64,000 bases of DNA from NCBI GenBank assembly GCA_964019335.1, contig OZ025759.1, positions 1 to 64,000 on the forward strand, written 5' to 3'. The notes under the pieces are model-generated. The model had not been told where the DNA came from. It ran no database searches and saw nothing but the letters and a program-made list of their open reading frames with translations. Position 1 is the stretch's first letter. Every line of letters starts with the position of its first letter. Below are positions 21,175 through 30,348 of this stretch, in pieces. Source of the stretch: Diplonema japonicum (lineage: Eukaryota; Protista; Euglenozoa: Diplonemea). Both the position numbers and the translations under genes were made by a program.

Positions 21175-22545
21175 ATGCTTGGCGTGGTGCTTGGCTGTCT
21201 TTTTGCCGCCGCGCCCACCCTGTTGTCCTGCGATATGGTGCTCGATGCTGTTGTTGTGGGGAACGGTCCGTGCGGGATGGCGCTCGTCGCCGCGTTGACG
21301 GGAAAGGTAACGGCACGATACGACGGACGGCACAGAGTAAAACCCTTCGACGAGGTGCTGCGAAGAGTCGTCGGGAAGGGCGGCGCTCTGCGGGAGGCAG
21401 ATTTAAGGAGCGAGATCGATGTCGCCGCACTGCCTTACGCATCGACACGTTCAAAGAATCCTGCCGCGCTTTTCTACGACGCTCTGGCCCACCCCTTCGC
21501 CGACTCCACTGCACAGCACTACCCTCCATGCCTTTCTTACACAGATGACCCAACAGGCCTTAACATTCTTGGGGTTGGATCAGGTCCATACGGAGGGTCA
21601 TGGTCTGATATGACCCCCTCCATGGCTTCCCTGTCTCCAGGTCACTGGATGGAGCTTCCTGGTATGCCCATCACAGAATGGGGAAGGAAGAACCCTGAGT
21701 CGGGGTACGTCCCAATGCGGCCTTCAAGAGAATCCGTCGCTCTGTACTACAAGGAGTATCCTAAGGCAGTGGGCATTGACGGCATGGTGAAGGAAAACAA
21801 ACGGGTGGAGCATGCTGAGCCCGACGAAAACGGGGCTTGGAAGATCACTATTACAGACGTGCTTGCGCAAACAACAGAAGTTGTGAAGGCGCGGAACCTC
21901 ATCTTGGCTAACGGAATGTACAGCAACCCGAAGAAGCTGGGTATTCCCGGTGAAAACGAGCTAGCTTACGTGCACCACAGGGTTCCGAAATCTTTCGATG
22001 GGGTTCTACTGGTTGTCGGTGCAGGGCTTTCAGCAGCGGATTGTATAGTTGGTCACATGAAATCTGGGGGGAAGATCATTCACGTCTTCAGAGGTGCTGC
22101 TATGGAGAGCCCTCTTGCAAAATTCAAAGATTCAAGTGTTGCTTACCAAGAGTACACGAGGCTTCTCGATTTGATGCAAGGGCTTGCTTCTTCACCTGAT
22201 TATACACCTTATCCCAACCATACAGTGGAGAGTTTCAAACCAGACGGGATGGTGATGCTCAGCCCGCCTGCTACGCTGAGCGTGACTAAGGCTGCTGTTC
22301 TCGTAGGGTCCCTCCCGGACTTCTCCTTCTTCCCCGTGTCCATCCGAGACACTTTGTCTTCCGTCTCCGACATAGTCGAGCGAAAGTTCTCCCTCTCAGT
22401 GGACCCGTGGGACCTATCCGTCCCCGGAGTGCCCAACCTTTACGCGGCCGGGCCTATCAGAGGGGACAATTTCGTGCGGTTCATCACTGGCGACAGCGTT
22501 GTCATAGCAAAGTCAATTTTGGAAAAGAAGCGTCAAAAAGAGTAA
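21175..22545 (+). CDS. OSGIN1/2-like FAD-dependent oxidoreductase
   Basis: VVVGNGPCG, RSKNPAALFYDALAHPFAD, GGSW..M...M.SLSPGHWMELPG, VGAGLSAAD, LYAAGPIRGDNFVRF; alternative start ATG 21235. Confidence 0.85.
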   Translation: MLGVVLGCLFAAAPTLLSCDMVLDAVVVGNGPCGMALVAALTGKVTARYDGRHRVKPFDEVLRRVVGKGGALREADLRSEIDVAALPYASTRSKNPAALFYDALAHPFADSTAQHYPPCLSYTDDPTGLNILGVGSGPYGGSWSDMTPSMASLSPGHWMELPGMPITEWGRKNPESGYVPMRPSRESVALYYKEYPKAVGIDGMVKENKRVEHAEPDENGAWKITITDVLAQTTEVVKARNLILANGMYSNPKKLGIPGENELAYVHHRVPKSFDGVLLVVGAGLSAADCIVGHMKSGGKIIHVFRGAAMESPLAKFKDSSVAYQEYTRLLDLMQGLASSPDYTPYPNHTVESFKPDGMVMLSPPATLSVTKAAVLVGSLPDFSFFPVSIRDTLSSVSDIVERKFSLSVDPWDLSVPGVPNLYAAGPIRGDNFVRFITGDSVVIAKSILEKKRQKE

Positions 22546-22672
22546 AAACCGCTCCCCCCCCCTCCCGCTCATCTCTTTTTTTTGTAACGTTGTGATGATT
22601 TGTTGTATTTTACAAAAAAAGGGGGGGGGGTGGGAGAAAAAAGAAGAGGGGGAAGAAAAAAAAAGAGGGAAA

Positions 22673-24943
22673 ATGCCGCAGCAATCTCTCGACGAAATAC
22701 ATCTCGTCTTCATAGTCTCGGGGCCCGGGGTCTACGGTCTTGGATGGGGCGCGTCGCTAGCGAAAAAGCTTGAAAGCAACCCGGGGTGTGTTGTGGTGCG
22801 TTCGTGGGGGTGCAGGGGGTGGACCGCGTATTGTGATGGTCTGGAACAAGCTTCTCGTCGCGTTGCCAAAGAGCTCATCGAAGCCGTTCACATGACAACC
22901 GAAGCACGAAAAACCGTGACCGCCGTCTCCCTCGTCGGCGAAGGGATAGGCGGCCTTGCCGCCAGACTGTCCCTTGAGGCGTTGGGTGACTGGCCGGGCT
23001 CTGTCGACTACCCATTCAAATGCTTCATCACGGTCGACACACCTCATTTGGGCTGCCACCCTTTCCACAGAGCTCCCATGAACCTATCAAGCGTGTACAA
23101 AACCCAGCTTGCGCACAACAATGAAGGTTATGACCTCCTTGGCGCAACGGTGGCGAAACCCGCAATGAAGAGGTTTGCGGCGTTTCAACGACGGGTGCTG
23201 TTTGCATCGGGATCGTCATGCAAGGCAACGTGTTTGGTGCAAGCCGAAGACGGGTCGGGCGAAACGATAAATCTTGCCGATGGGCTCGAATACATTCACA
23301 CCGCTGCGGTCCCGTTCGGGACAATGTCGCTTCCTCCCAGCAGGAACTGTCCTACAGAGGGCTCACCTGCCGAGGATTTGGTACAGATAGGCCCAGTTGA
23401 CACGAAGGGGTTTGTCCGTGTAGTCAGCGAGGTATACATTGCTGGTGCCGCGGAGGAGGTTCATGTCAGAAAGAAGGGAGACGTGAATGGGAAGGACATG
23501 ACCATTGAGGGCTGTCAATCGTGTACCATATCAGTCTACGACAGGTGTGGGACGCTGTCCTTACACCGAAACAACAGCTGTACGATCACCTGCGGGCCCG
23601 TTTCGACTTCTACACACATCAGCGACTGTTACAACTGCACCGTTTACGTCCCTTCCTTGCAGGTTACCGTCAAAAACTCCCACCACCTTCGTCTTAAACT
23701 CTACACCTGCCAGTCCCCCGTTTTGGAGGGCTGCAGCAACATCACAATCTCCCCGTTTTCCCTTCGCTTCCCTCATCTCGCGTCTCTCTGGACCGATGCT
23801 GGCCTCCCTCCTGAACGGGGCAACCTGTACGCCGATCCTCAAGACCTCAGCAAGTACAACACAACCTTCCCAACCCCAAGGGTTTCTGTCGACCGGACAC
23901 CGCCTTACATCAAAGAAGTCGGGTATGACGGTACGGAGAAACCAGAGCTTCCTTTATTCGTAGAGAGGCAACTGTTGGAGGCAACACAGGAGGCAACAAG
24001 TTCTGCGGTGAAGAAAAGCGCGATCTCACCTATAAGGTGTCAAGTAGAACGGGAGGTAAAAGGCGTAGGACGGTCATGGTGGCCGCATCTGACCGACTGG
24101 ATGGAGAGGACGCGGGTGGGGAAAAAAAACAAAGACGCACCAGAAAACACGGCCCCACAACAGATACCGTTGCAGTTGGACACTGCACTGTCGCCATTGA
24201 GGCATCGTGCCGCGCAAGTATGCAGGGAAGGGGTACAGTCAGACTGTTGGGTCTCGGATGCTGTGGGACAGAACATCTTAAGGTACAACATGGTGAAAGG
24301 TGACGTGATCGGGATGAAGGGGTGCGAAGCTTGCAGAGTGATAGTGACTGACTGGACCATGAACGTTTTGGTGGAAAACTGCAAGGACTGCGTCATGGTG
24401 TTCAACCCCGTGGCTGAGAGCATCGTCGTGTCCGGCTCCGAACGTTGCACAATATTCTGCTGCGCAGGCGCAGTGCGTCTTCGAGACTGCACTGACGTTA
24501 CAGTCTATGCCTGGACGAACAAGGAGATTATAGCAGAGGGGTGTAATAACTTGCTCGTAGCTCCATGGTCGTTGTCTTCACCCAAGCTGGAAGAGGCGTT
24601 CACTGAAGCGTGTCTTGACCCTTCCTCCGCCAATCAGTGGTACTCCGTGAGACCTGTTTCAGGCACAACCCACACCCTCAAGAACCCCATACCCACCCAG
24701 CTCACGCCCCTCGTTGTGGATGGCCTCCCGCAGCCTACCATCCCCAAGGCGCTGCACACCCGTATATCCCTCACAACGTACTTCCCGTCCGCTAGGGACG
24801 CGAACCTGCAAACTCGTCTTAACGAAGCGCTCATGACGCTGAACAACTGCAAACTTGAAAGACGCACTGCCCCGGCAAAGCTGGGCGATCTTGAGACCGA
24901 CATTATAAACATACTTGGGGCCCCCTTGGGTACTAGATTGTAG
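22673..24943 (+). CDS. Fusion of degenerate DUF676-like hydrolase with two TBCC/C-CAP (RP2-like) beta-helix domains
   Basis: DGLEQASRRVAKEL, VSLVGEGIGGLAAR, FITVDTPHLG, FQRRVLFA; two GDV.G....IEGC..C...CGPV..S..I..C..C units. Confidence 0.8.
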   Translation: MPQQSLDEIHLVFIVSGPGVYGLGWGASLAKKLESNPGCVVVRSWGCRGWTAYCDGLEQASRRVAKELIEAVHMTTEARKTVTAVSLVGEGIGGLAARLSLEALGDWPGSVDYPFKCFITVDTPHLGCHPFHRAPMNLSSVYKTQLAHNNEGYDLLGATVAKPAMKRFAAFQRRVLFASGSSCKATCLVQAEDGSGETINLADGLEYIHTAAVPFGTMSLPPSRNCPTEGSPAEDLVQIGPVDTKGFVRVVSEVYIAGAAEEVHVRKKGDVNGKDMTIEGCQSCTISVYDRCGTLSLHRNNSCTITCGPVSTSTHISDCYNCTVYVPSLQVTVKNSHHLRLKLYTCQSPVLEGCSNITISPFSLRFPHLASLWTDAGLPPERGNLYADPQDLSKYNTTFPTPRVSVDRTPPYIKEVGYDGTEKPELPLFVERQLLEATQEATSSAVKKSAISPIRCQVEREVKGVGRSWWPHLTDWMERTRVGKKNKDAPENTAPQQIPLQLDTALSPLRHRAAQVCREGVQSDCWVSDAVGQNILRYNMVKGDVIGMKGCEACRVIVTDWTMNVLVENCKDCVMVFNPVAESIVVSGSERCTIFCCAGAVRLRDCTDVTVYAWTNKEIIAEGCNNLLVAPWSLSSPKLEEAFTEACLDPSSANQWYSVRPVSGTTHTLKNPIPTQLTPLVVDGLPQPTIPKALHTRISLTTYFPSARDANLQTRLNEALMTLNNCKLERRTAPAKLGDLETDIINILGAPLGTRL

Positions 24944-25026
24944 ATTATTAGTATATTTTTTTTCTTTCTAAGAGAACGAGGGAAAAAAAAAAAAAAAAAA
25001 AAAGTGCAACCTAAGGTAAGAACACA

Positions 25027-25596
25027 ATGGACGTCTTCGTGAAGTGTGCCTGTGACGAGTACCCTGTGGAGGTGGAGGCCTCGACCACGGTGGAAGAGTT
25101 GAAAAGCATGGTGGAAGCACAAGGGGGCCCGATGGTGAGCGAACAACGGCTATTCGTGGAAGAAGTGGAGCTGTCGGACCCAAAGCAGCCTTTGGCAGAG
25201 ACGGCCTTGACGATGGGGGATCAGATCAGGTGTGTCCTGAGGCCCCTGTTTCAAGTCGGGATGAAGCTAGAGGCAAGGGATAGGATGCATCCCACGTATC
25301 TGTGCGTGGCCACTGTCATAAATACGAATGGGAGGCGGATAGAAATCCACTTTGATGGCTGGAGCGACCGGTATGACTACTGGACCGATGACGACACCCT
25401 CGACATCGCCCCAGCAGGAACCGTTCAGAGCCTGAACTATTACCTCGAACCTCCAAGGGGGACCGGTTCCTACGACTGGCAGGAGTACATGGCGTCCGAC
25501 AATTCTTCCGTCGCACCCAAAGAATGCTTCCACCCCGAGAGGGAGGGTAAGTACTTCACCAACGGCCCGCACAAACCCTTCAGGCCCTACGTCTAG
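25027..25596 (+). CDS. Ubiquitin-like domain + MBT repeat protein
   Basis: UBL (VEVEASTTVEELKSMV..EQRLF); MBT FQVGMKLEARDRMHPTYLCVATV...IHFDGWSDRYDYW. Confidence 0.9.
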   Translation: MDVFVKCACDEYPVEVEASTTVEELKSMVEAQGGPMVSEQRLFVEEVELSDPKQPLAETALTMGDQIRCVLRPLFQVGMKLEARDRMHPTYLCVATVINTNGRRIEIHFDGWSDRYDYWTDDDTLDIAPAGTVQSLNYYLEPPRGTGSYDWQEYMASDNSSVAPKECFHPEREGKYFTNGPHKPFRPYV

Positions 25597-26054
25597 AAAA
25601 TTACACATTTTTTTTTTTAAGGTGGTGGGGATAACATGAAAATATAAGAAAAACATCAGATGTGTTGTTCGCTGTTGACCTCCTCGTCGGTCATCACCGG
25701 TAGCGCCCGAGTGGAAGATCATAAAGCAGATGCTCAGGGTGACGAACAGGCAGCAAACTGCACGAGCGCAGAATCTTGGTTACCCGGGACGCTCCGGCTG
25801 GGGTTGAGCTGTACACCGCACGCATTAAGGACACGACGCGGAACGCAGAAGAAGTTACAACTCGGCCGCGGTGCGCCCCCTGTAATCAAGTAGACAGTTC
25901 TTGTGCAGGGCGCCGCCAACACCGGCCTCCTTTAACTCATATATTTCTTTTTCCTTTTTTTTTTTTTCCCGTCCCTATCCTGAGCTTTTTTTTTTTTTCT
26001 TTTTTTTTTTACCCTACTTTCAAACCCTCTCCTCGTTACTCTGCAGAGATGTGC

Positions 26055-26128
26055 CAGGCTGTGATGAGGAACTGCTCGCCTGCTGACGCTATTTATTTCC
26101 CACGATTTCGAGCTGGACTGCTAGCCTG
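26055..26128 (+). ncRNA. Weak candidate box C/D snoRNA-like element
   Basis: Terminal stem CAGGCT/AGCCTG, C box GTGATGA at 26061, CTGA at 26083; terminal D box is imperfect (CTGC). Confidence 0.2.
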
Positions 26129-26242
26129 CCAGAGAAAAAAAGCGATGGAGAGGGGGGTTTTTTTTTTCTTATCGTTCTTCACTGCTTCTATCCCCTTTCT
26201 GAAAAAAGAAAAAAAAAGAGAGAAACTCTTGTCTTCCCTCTG

Positions 26243-26297
<55 letters not shown>

Positions 26298-26397
26298 GTC
26301 TTTTTCTTTCCATTGCGGTCCGTTTCATAGCACGACAGACACGGGGGTGGACCCCCCCCCCCCCCCCCAGTTTATAAAAAGAAAAAGGGGGGGTAAG

Positions 26398-27372
26398 ATG
26401 AATTATGAGGAAGACATGAGAGAGAGCAACGGCCTTCGGAACCGGCTCCGCACGCTCCGCGAAATGGAAGACACGCACGGGCAGGAGTCGGCAGAGGTCG
26501 ACGAGGAAAAGGTACGGACAGCTGAGGTGTGCTGCACCCTCGCACTGGAGAAGGTCTGCCGTGACCAGGAAATGGGGACGAACCCACGAACAGAACACTC
26601 TGTGATGACGCACGTGGGAGAGGTGTATGAACCGCTCACAAAAGCGAAAGGTCTGCTAGACGCTGCACTTGTATTGCTCCGCCCCGGAACGGTAACGAGC
26701 TCCCCGAAAGTTCTAAAAGGCCGTGCAGTCGCGTACTCAAATCTTGCCTGTTTGTACAAACGCGTGAGCCGCACCCGTGCAGGGCTCATCTGCTCTCAGA
26801 AAGCCAGTCAAATCTACCGGCAGCTCCAGCCAGATGAAAGCGAGGCGCTGATATCATCATTGTTATCAGAGTCCGCGTTGCTATGCTCGTGCGACAAACC
26901 TAAGGAAGGGCTGAAGGTAGCGAACGAAGCACTGCGGCGGTGCGTGGATCTTGAAAAAGACTCAGAAAAGCTCGAGGTACGATACGCGTCCCTGCAAGCA
27001 ATGTGCCACCACAACGTTGGGGTGTGTTGTGAAATATTAGGCAATGTTCAGCAGGCACTGACGTACTATAGAACTGCCTTCCAGCTGACCTACCTCTCTG
27101 CGGGACCGGAGCACCCTTTGTGTGACCGCTTCAAGGAGTGCTTTGCTGATGCATACGCACAATCTCACGGCAAGCAAACCCGACAGTCTCTGCGTGCGTT
27201 CGGCCGGTCGCGGGGCTCAGCCGTGCCCCCCCTATCAATTCTCTTGCCCGGTAGCGACATCCCCAAACCAAAAATGAACACAAAAATGGCCAAACGGTAC
27301 AACCTCGACAACCGCCTGCCTGCAGGGAGGAGCAACAGCTTGAGACGGCCGTTTAGCCCACAAACCCTGTAA
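26398..27372 (+). CDS. TPR-containing protein (kinesin-light-chain-like TPRs)
   Basis: AVAYSNLACLYKR, AMCHHNVGVCCEILGNVQQALTYY, GPEHPL. Confidence 0.8.
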   Translation: MNYEEDMRESNGLRNRLRTLREMEDTHGQESAEVDEEKVRTAEVCCTLALEKVCRDQEMGTNPRTEHSVMTHVGEVYEPLTKAKGLLDAALVLLRPGTVTSSPKVLKGRAVAYSNLACLYKRVSRTRAGLICSQKASQIYRQLQPDESEALISSLLSESALLCSCDKPKEGLKVANEALRRCVDLEKDSEKLEVRYASLQAMCHHNVGVCCEILGNVQQALTYYRTAFQLTYLSAGPEHPLCDRFKECFADAYAQSHGKQTRQSLRAFGRSRGSAVPPLSILLPGSDIPKPKMNTKMAKRYNLDNRLPAGRSNSLRRPFSPQTL

Positions 27373-27714
27373 ACCATTTTCTCTTTTTTAGTATCCCCTT
27401 TTTTTTTTGCAAAATAAAAGCTATTTTACTGAAATTACTTTCACGGGTGGACAAAGCCTAACCTTCTTCAGGTCCTCATTCGTCTTGCACTTCGCGATAT
27501 GGAGGTGGCATGCTAAGCCGGTAAGCATTGTCTTACGGTTTCCTAGCCTCACATAAATCGTTACGCGTCCCGCAGTATGCTATTATTTCTTCTGTGATAC
27601 AAACCTGGAGGTGGTTTGTAAAAGGTAAGAGGAGTTTGGAAGGGGGGGGAAGAAAAAAAGAGGGAAGGGAACTACCCACATCATCCCTTTCCAGGTGTCA
27701 CACTTCTTTTGAAA

Positions 27715-29184
27715 ATGATGTTTCGGGTTCTTGTTGTTCTACTTGCGGCAGTTGCGGGCAGCGCTGAACCATGCAGGAATCTTGCAGGGTGCCCAGAAGG
27801 CCTCACTTGCGTTGTGAGAGGTGACGACAGAGCCATGGTGTGTGTGCCACTCCCTGCTGGCGGCAGCAACGTTGAAAGCTTATCTAGCAGTGGTTCCGGT
27901 AGCTCTGGTAGCAGTTCGCACGGCAGCTCAGGCAACAGCGGCTCTGACAACTCCGGAAACAGCAACTCTGGCAGTGGTTCCCACGCCCTTTTTGGAGACA
28001 AGTCCAGATACTCCGTGAGCGGCTCCGATAGTGCATCCAACAGCAACTCTCACGGTGGTTCTGACAACACCCACAGTGGAACGAACAACGGCGGCAGCTG
28101 GTCTGACAGTGGCGCTGATAACTCTGGCAGCAGTTCACAGAACGGCCACAGCGGCTCGAGCAGTGACAGCTGGTCTGGCAGTGGGTCTGATAACTCCCAC
28201 GGTTCAAACAGCAACTCTGGCAGTGTGTCGGGAAGCAGCGGCTCCTCCCACACGAGTGATTCCAGCAACTCTGGCAGCGGTTCGCAGAACAGCCACAGTG
28301 GCTCGAGAAGCAGTGGAAGCTGGTCTGGCAGTGGGTCTGATAACTCCCACGGTTCGGACAACTCTGGCAGCGGTTCTCACACTCTTCTCGGCGACTCCAG
28401 GGACAGTTCCAGCAGCTCGGAATACTCCCACAGTGGATCGAACAGTGGTTCCCATGGTGGCTCTTCTACCTCCGGCAGCGGCTCGAGCTGGTCTGGCAGT
28501 GGGTCTTATAACACCCACGGTTCAGACAACTCTGGCAGCGGTTCTCACACCAGCGACTCCAGGGACAGCTCCGGCAGCTCTGAAAGCAATTCTCACAGCG
28601 GCTCAGAAGACTCCCACAGCGGATCGAACAGCCATGGTGGCTCGGAAGACTCCCACGGCGGATCGAACAGCCATGGAAGCTCGGAAGACTCCCACAGCGG
28701 ATCGAACAGCCATGGTGGCTCAGAAGATACTTCTTCTAGCTCCGGCAGCAGCAGTGCCGGTGGGTCTGATAACACCCACGGTTCAAACAGCAACTCTGGC
28801 AGTGTGTCGGGAAGCAGCGGCTCCTCCCACTCGAGTGATTCCAGCAACTCTGGCAGCGGTTCGCAGAACAGCCACAGTGGCTCGAGAAGCAGTGGAAGCT
28901 GGTCTGGCAGTGGGTCTGATAACCCTCACAGTTCAGAGAGCAGCAGTTCCAACAAGCTCGGAATCTTCGCCAACACAGGCCCCGCTGGCGGCCCTGCAAA
29001 GAGTGATGACAACACAAAGAGCGGGAACACCTCCAATGCAGTATGGGTATCCGTTGCAGTTGGATTCGTTGCCTTCGCAGGCCTTGCCACAGTGGTGGTG
29101 CGCAAGATGAAAACGACTACTGGAGACGACACAAGGCAGCTGCTACGGGACGGGGAACCTAGAGAAATGTACTCCCTCAACTAA
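27715..29184 (+). CDS. Ser/Gly/His-rich type I membrane (mucin-like) surface protein
   Basis: Signal peptide, 4-Cys module CRNLAGCPEGLTCV..VCVP, S/G/N/H low-complexity stalk, TM AVWVSVAVGFVAFAGLATVVV followed by RKMK. Confidence 0.85.
   Translation: MMFRVLVVLLAAVAGSAEPCRNLAGCPEGLTCVVRGDDRAMVCVPLPAGGSNVESLSSSGSGSSGSSSHGSSGNSGSDNSGNSNSGSGSHALFGDKSRYSVSGSDSASNSNSHGGSDNTHSGTNNGGSWSDSGADNSGSSSQNGHSGSSSDSWSGSGSDNSHGSNSNSGSVSGSSGSSHTSDSSNSGSGSQNSHSGSRSSGSWSGSGSDNSHGSDNSGSGSHTLLGDSRDSSSSSEYSHSGSNSGSHGGSSTSGSGSSWSGSGSYNTHGSDNSGSGSHTSDSRDSSGSSESNSHSGSEDSHSGSNSHGGSEDSHGGSNSHGSSEDSHSGSNSHGGSEDTSSSSGSSSAGGSDNTHGSNSNSGSVSGSSGSSHSSDSSNSGSGSQNSHSGSRSSGSWSGSGSDNPHSSESSSSNKLGIFANTGPAGGPAKSDDNTKSGNTSNAVWVSVAVGFVAFAGLATVVVRKMKTTTGDDTRQLLRDGEPREMYSLN
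28181..28923 (+). repeat. Internal direct duplication of about 165 nt (28181-28344 vs 28760-28923) plus shorter 36-nt units
   Basis: Near-identical GTGGGTCTGATAAC...GTGGGTCTGATAAC blocks. Confidence 0.85.
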
Positions 29185-29414
29185 GATAACTGGCAGCAGG
29201 GTATGGTAAGTATGCTTCGGAGTACTAAGCAAGACTGTACCCCTGTCCTATTTCAACTTATTCTCTCTCTCTCTCTCCCCAATCTTTGTTTCTGCCAACT
29301 CTTGCTTCGTCAAGCAACTAGAGGCGAGGTAAGAGAAAAAGTTTTTTAGTACGAGTGATCACACTGAGCCGTTTTTGGCTTTTTTTCCTTTTTTTTTTTT
29401 TTCTTCTTCTTTCC

Positions 29415-29699
29415 GTGTCGGTGATCGAGCTGGCAATTGACTTCGAATGCTACACGAATTGATATCGACAAGGCGATAAGGATCAAACGGATTCTGGATA
29501 CGCTGCAGGCACATGTCTGATGAACAAAAGGAAGCGCGCTTTTCCGGTGCCATGCAAGAAGGTGAGATCACTACGATCCATTGGACACGACTACGTCGTT
29601 GGCTTTGATAGGAGGGCCCTGTATAAACGACAGCTAGGCACTACGGTGGGTAGCAGGGAACGACCCCAAAAGGGGAGCCACCGCGGTGGGCCGTCATAG
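29415..29699 (+). mobile_element. Putative decayed 3' fragment of a non-LTR retrotransposon ORF
   Basis: Translates VSVIELAIDFECYTN*...KKVRSLRSIGHDYVVGFDRRALY; resembles, from memory only, the ELA[LV]DFE...RSL..LG....G..R C-terminal region of euglenozoan retroelement proteins; internal stop, no ATG. Confidence 0.4.
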
Positions 29700-30348
29700 T
29701 GAAATTTTCTTGCCGTTCTCCCCCCGCACACTGAAACATTATCGAAATAAAGAGTTCTTTGTGCCAGTTTGCAGGGGTTTTTTGTTACCTTTGCCCCCCC
29801 CCCCCCCCCCCCTAACTCGAGCGAAAAAATTGACATTTGCTGACAATCTTCTTCTTATCCATATTTATTTTCATTTTTAAAGATAAACGCGTAGGCAGCG
29901 CCTTAGAGCTAAAAACCATCGAAGATAATTGTTTTTTGATAGGAAAATGCGAAAACCTTTGTCGAAAATAGAGGTGAGGAAATAGAAGTGAAAGTCATGT
30001 TCTCTTTAAGAAGACAATTGCGTTTTTTTCCCCCCTACTTTTCAAAATACAAATCTACCGATTTTCACCCATTGCTTGTTGGCCCCCCCCTTTTTTTTTG
30101 TTCTATCTCCTATTTCCTTCTTTCCTGTTTTTTATCATCTCATTTCTTTTACAAAAAAAAAAGAACGGAAACGAGGGGGGGGGGGGGGGGGGGGAATGTT
30201 TCGGGATCTTGTTGTGCGAACAGAACCACAGTGCAATAGATTTACACTTTTCAGGGGGTTATCTCTTCCCTTGTTCTAAACCCGAATTCCTCCTTTTTTC
30301 TGTTCCCCTCTCTTTCCTTCCCTTTCGAATTCAAAGAAACAACAGGAC

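Noticed and set aside
28031-29110. 359-aa overlapping Ala/Thr-rich + ORF
   Set aside because: Alternate-frame read of the Ser/Gly repeats; the main frame has a signal peptide and TM helix
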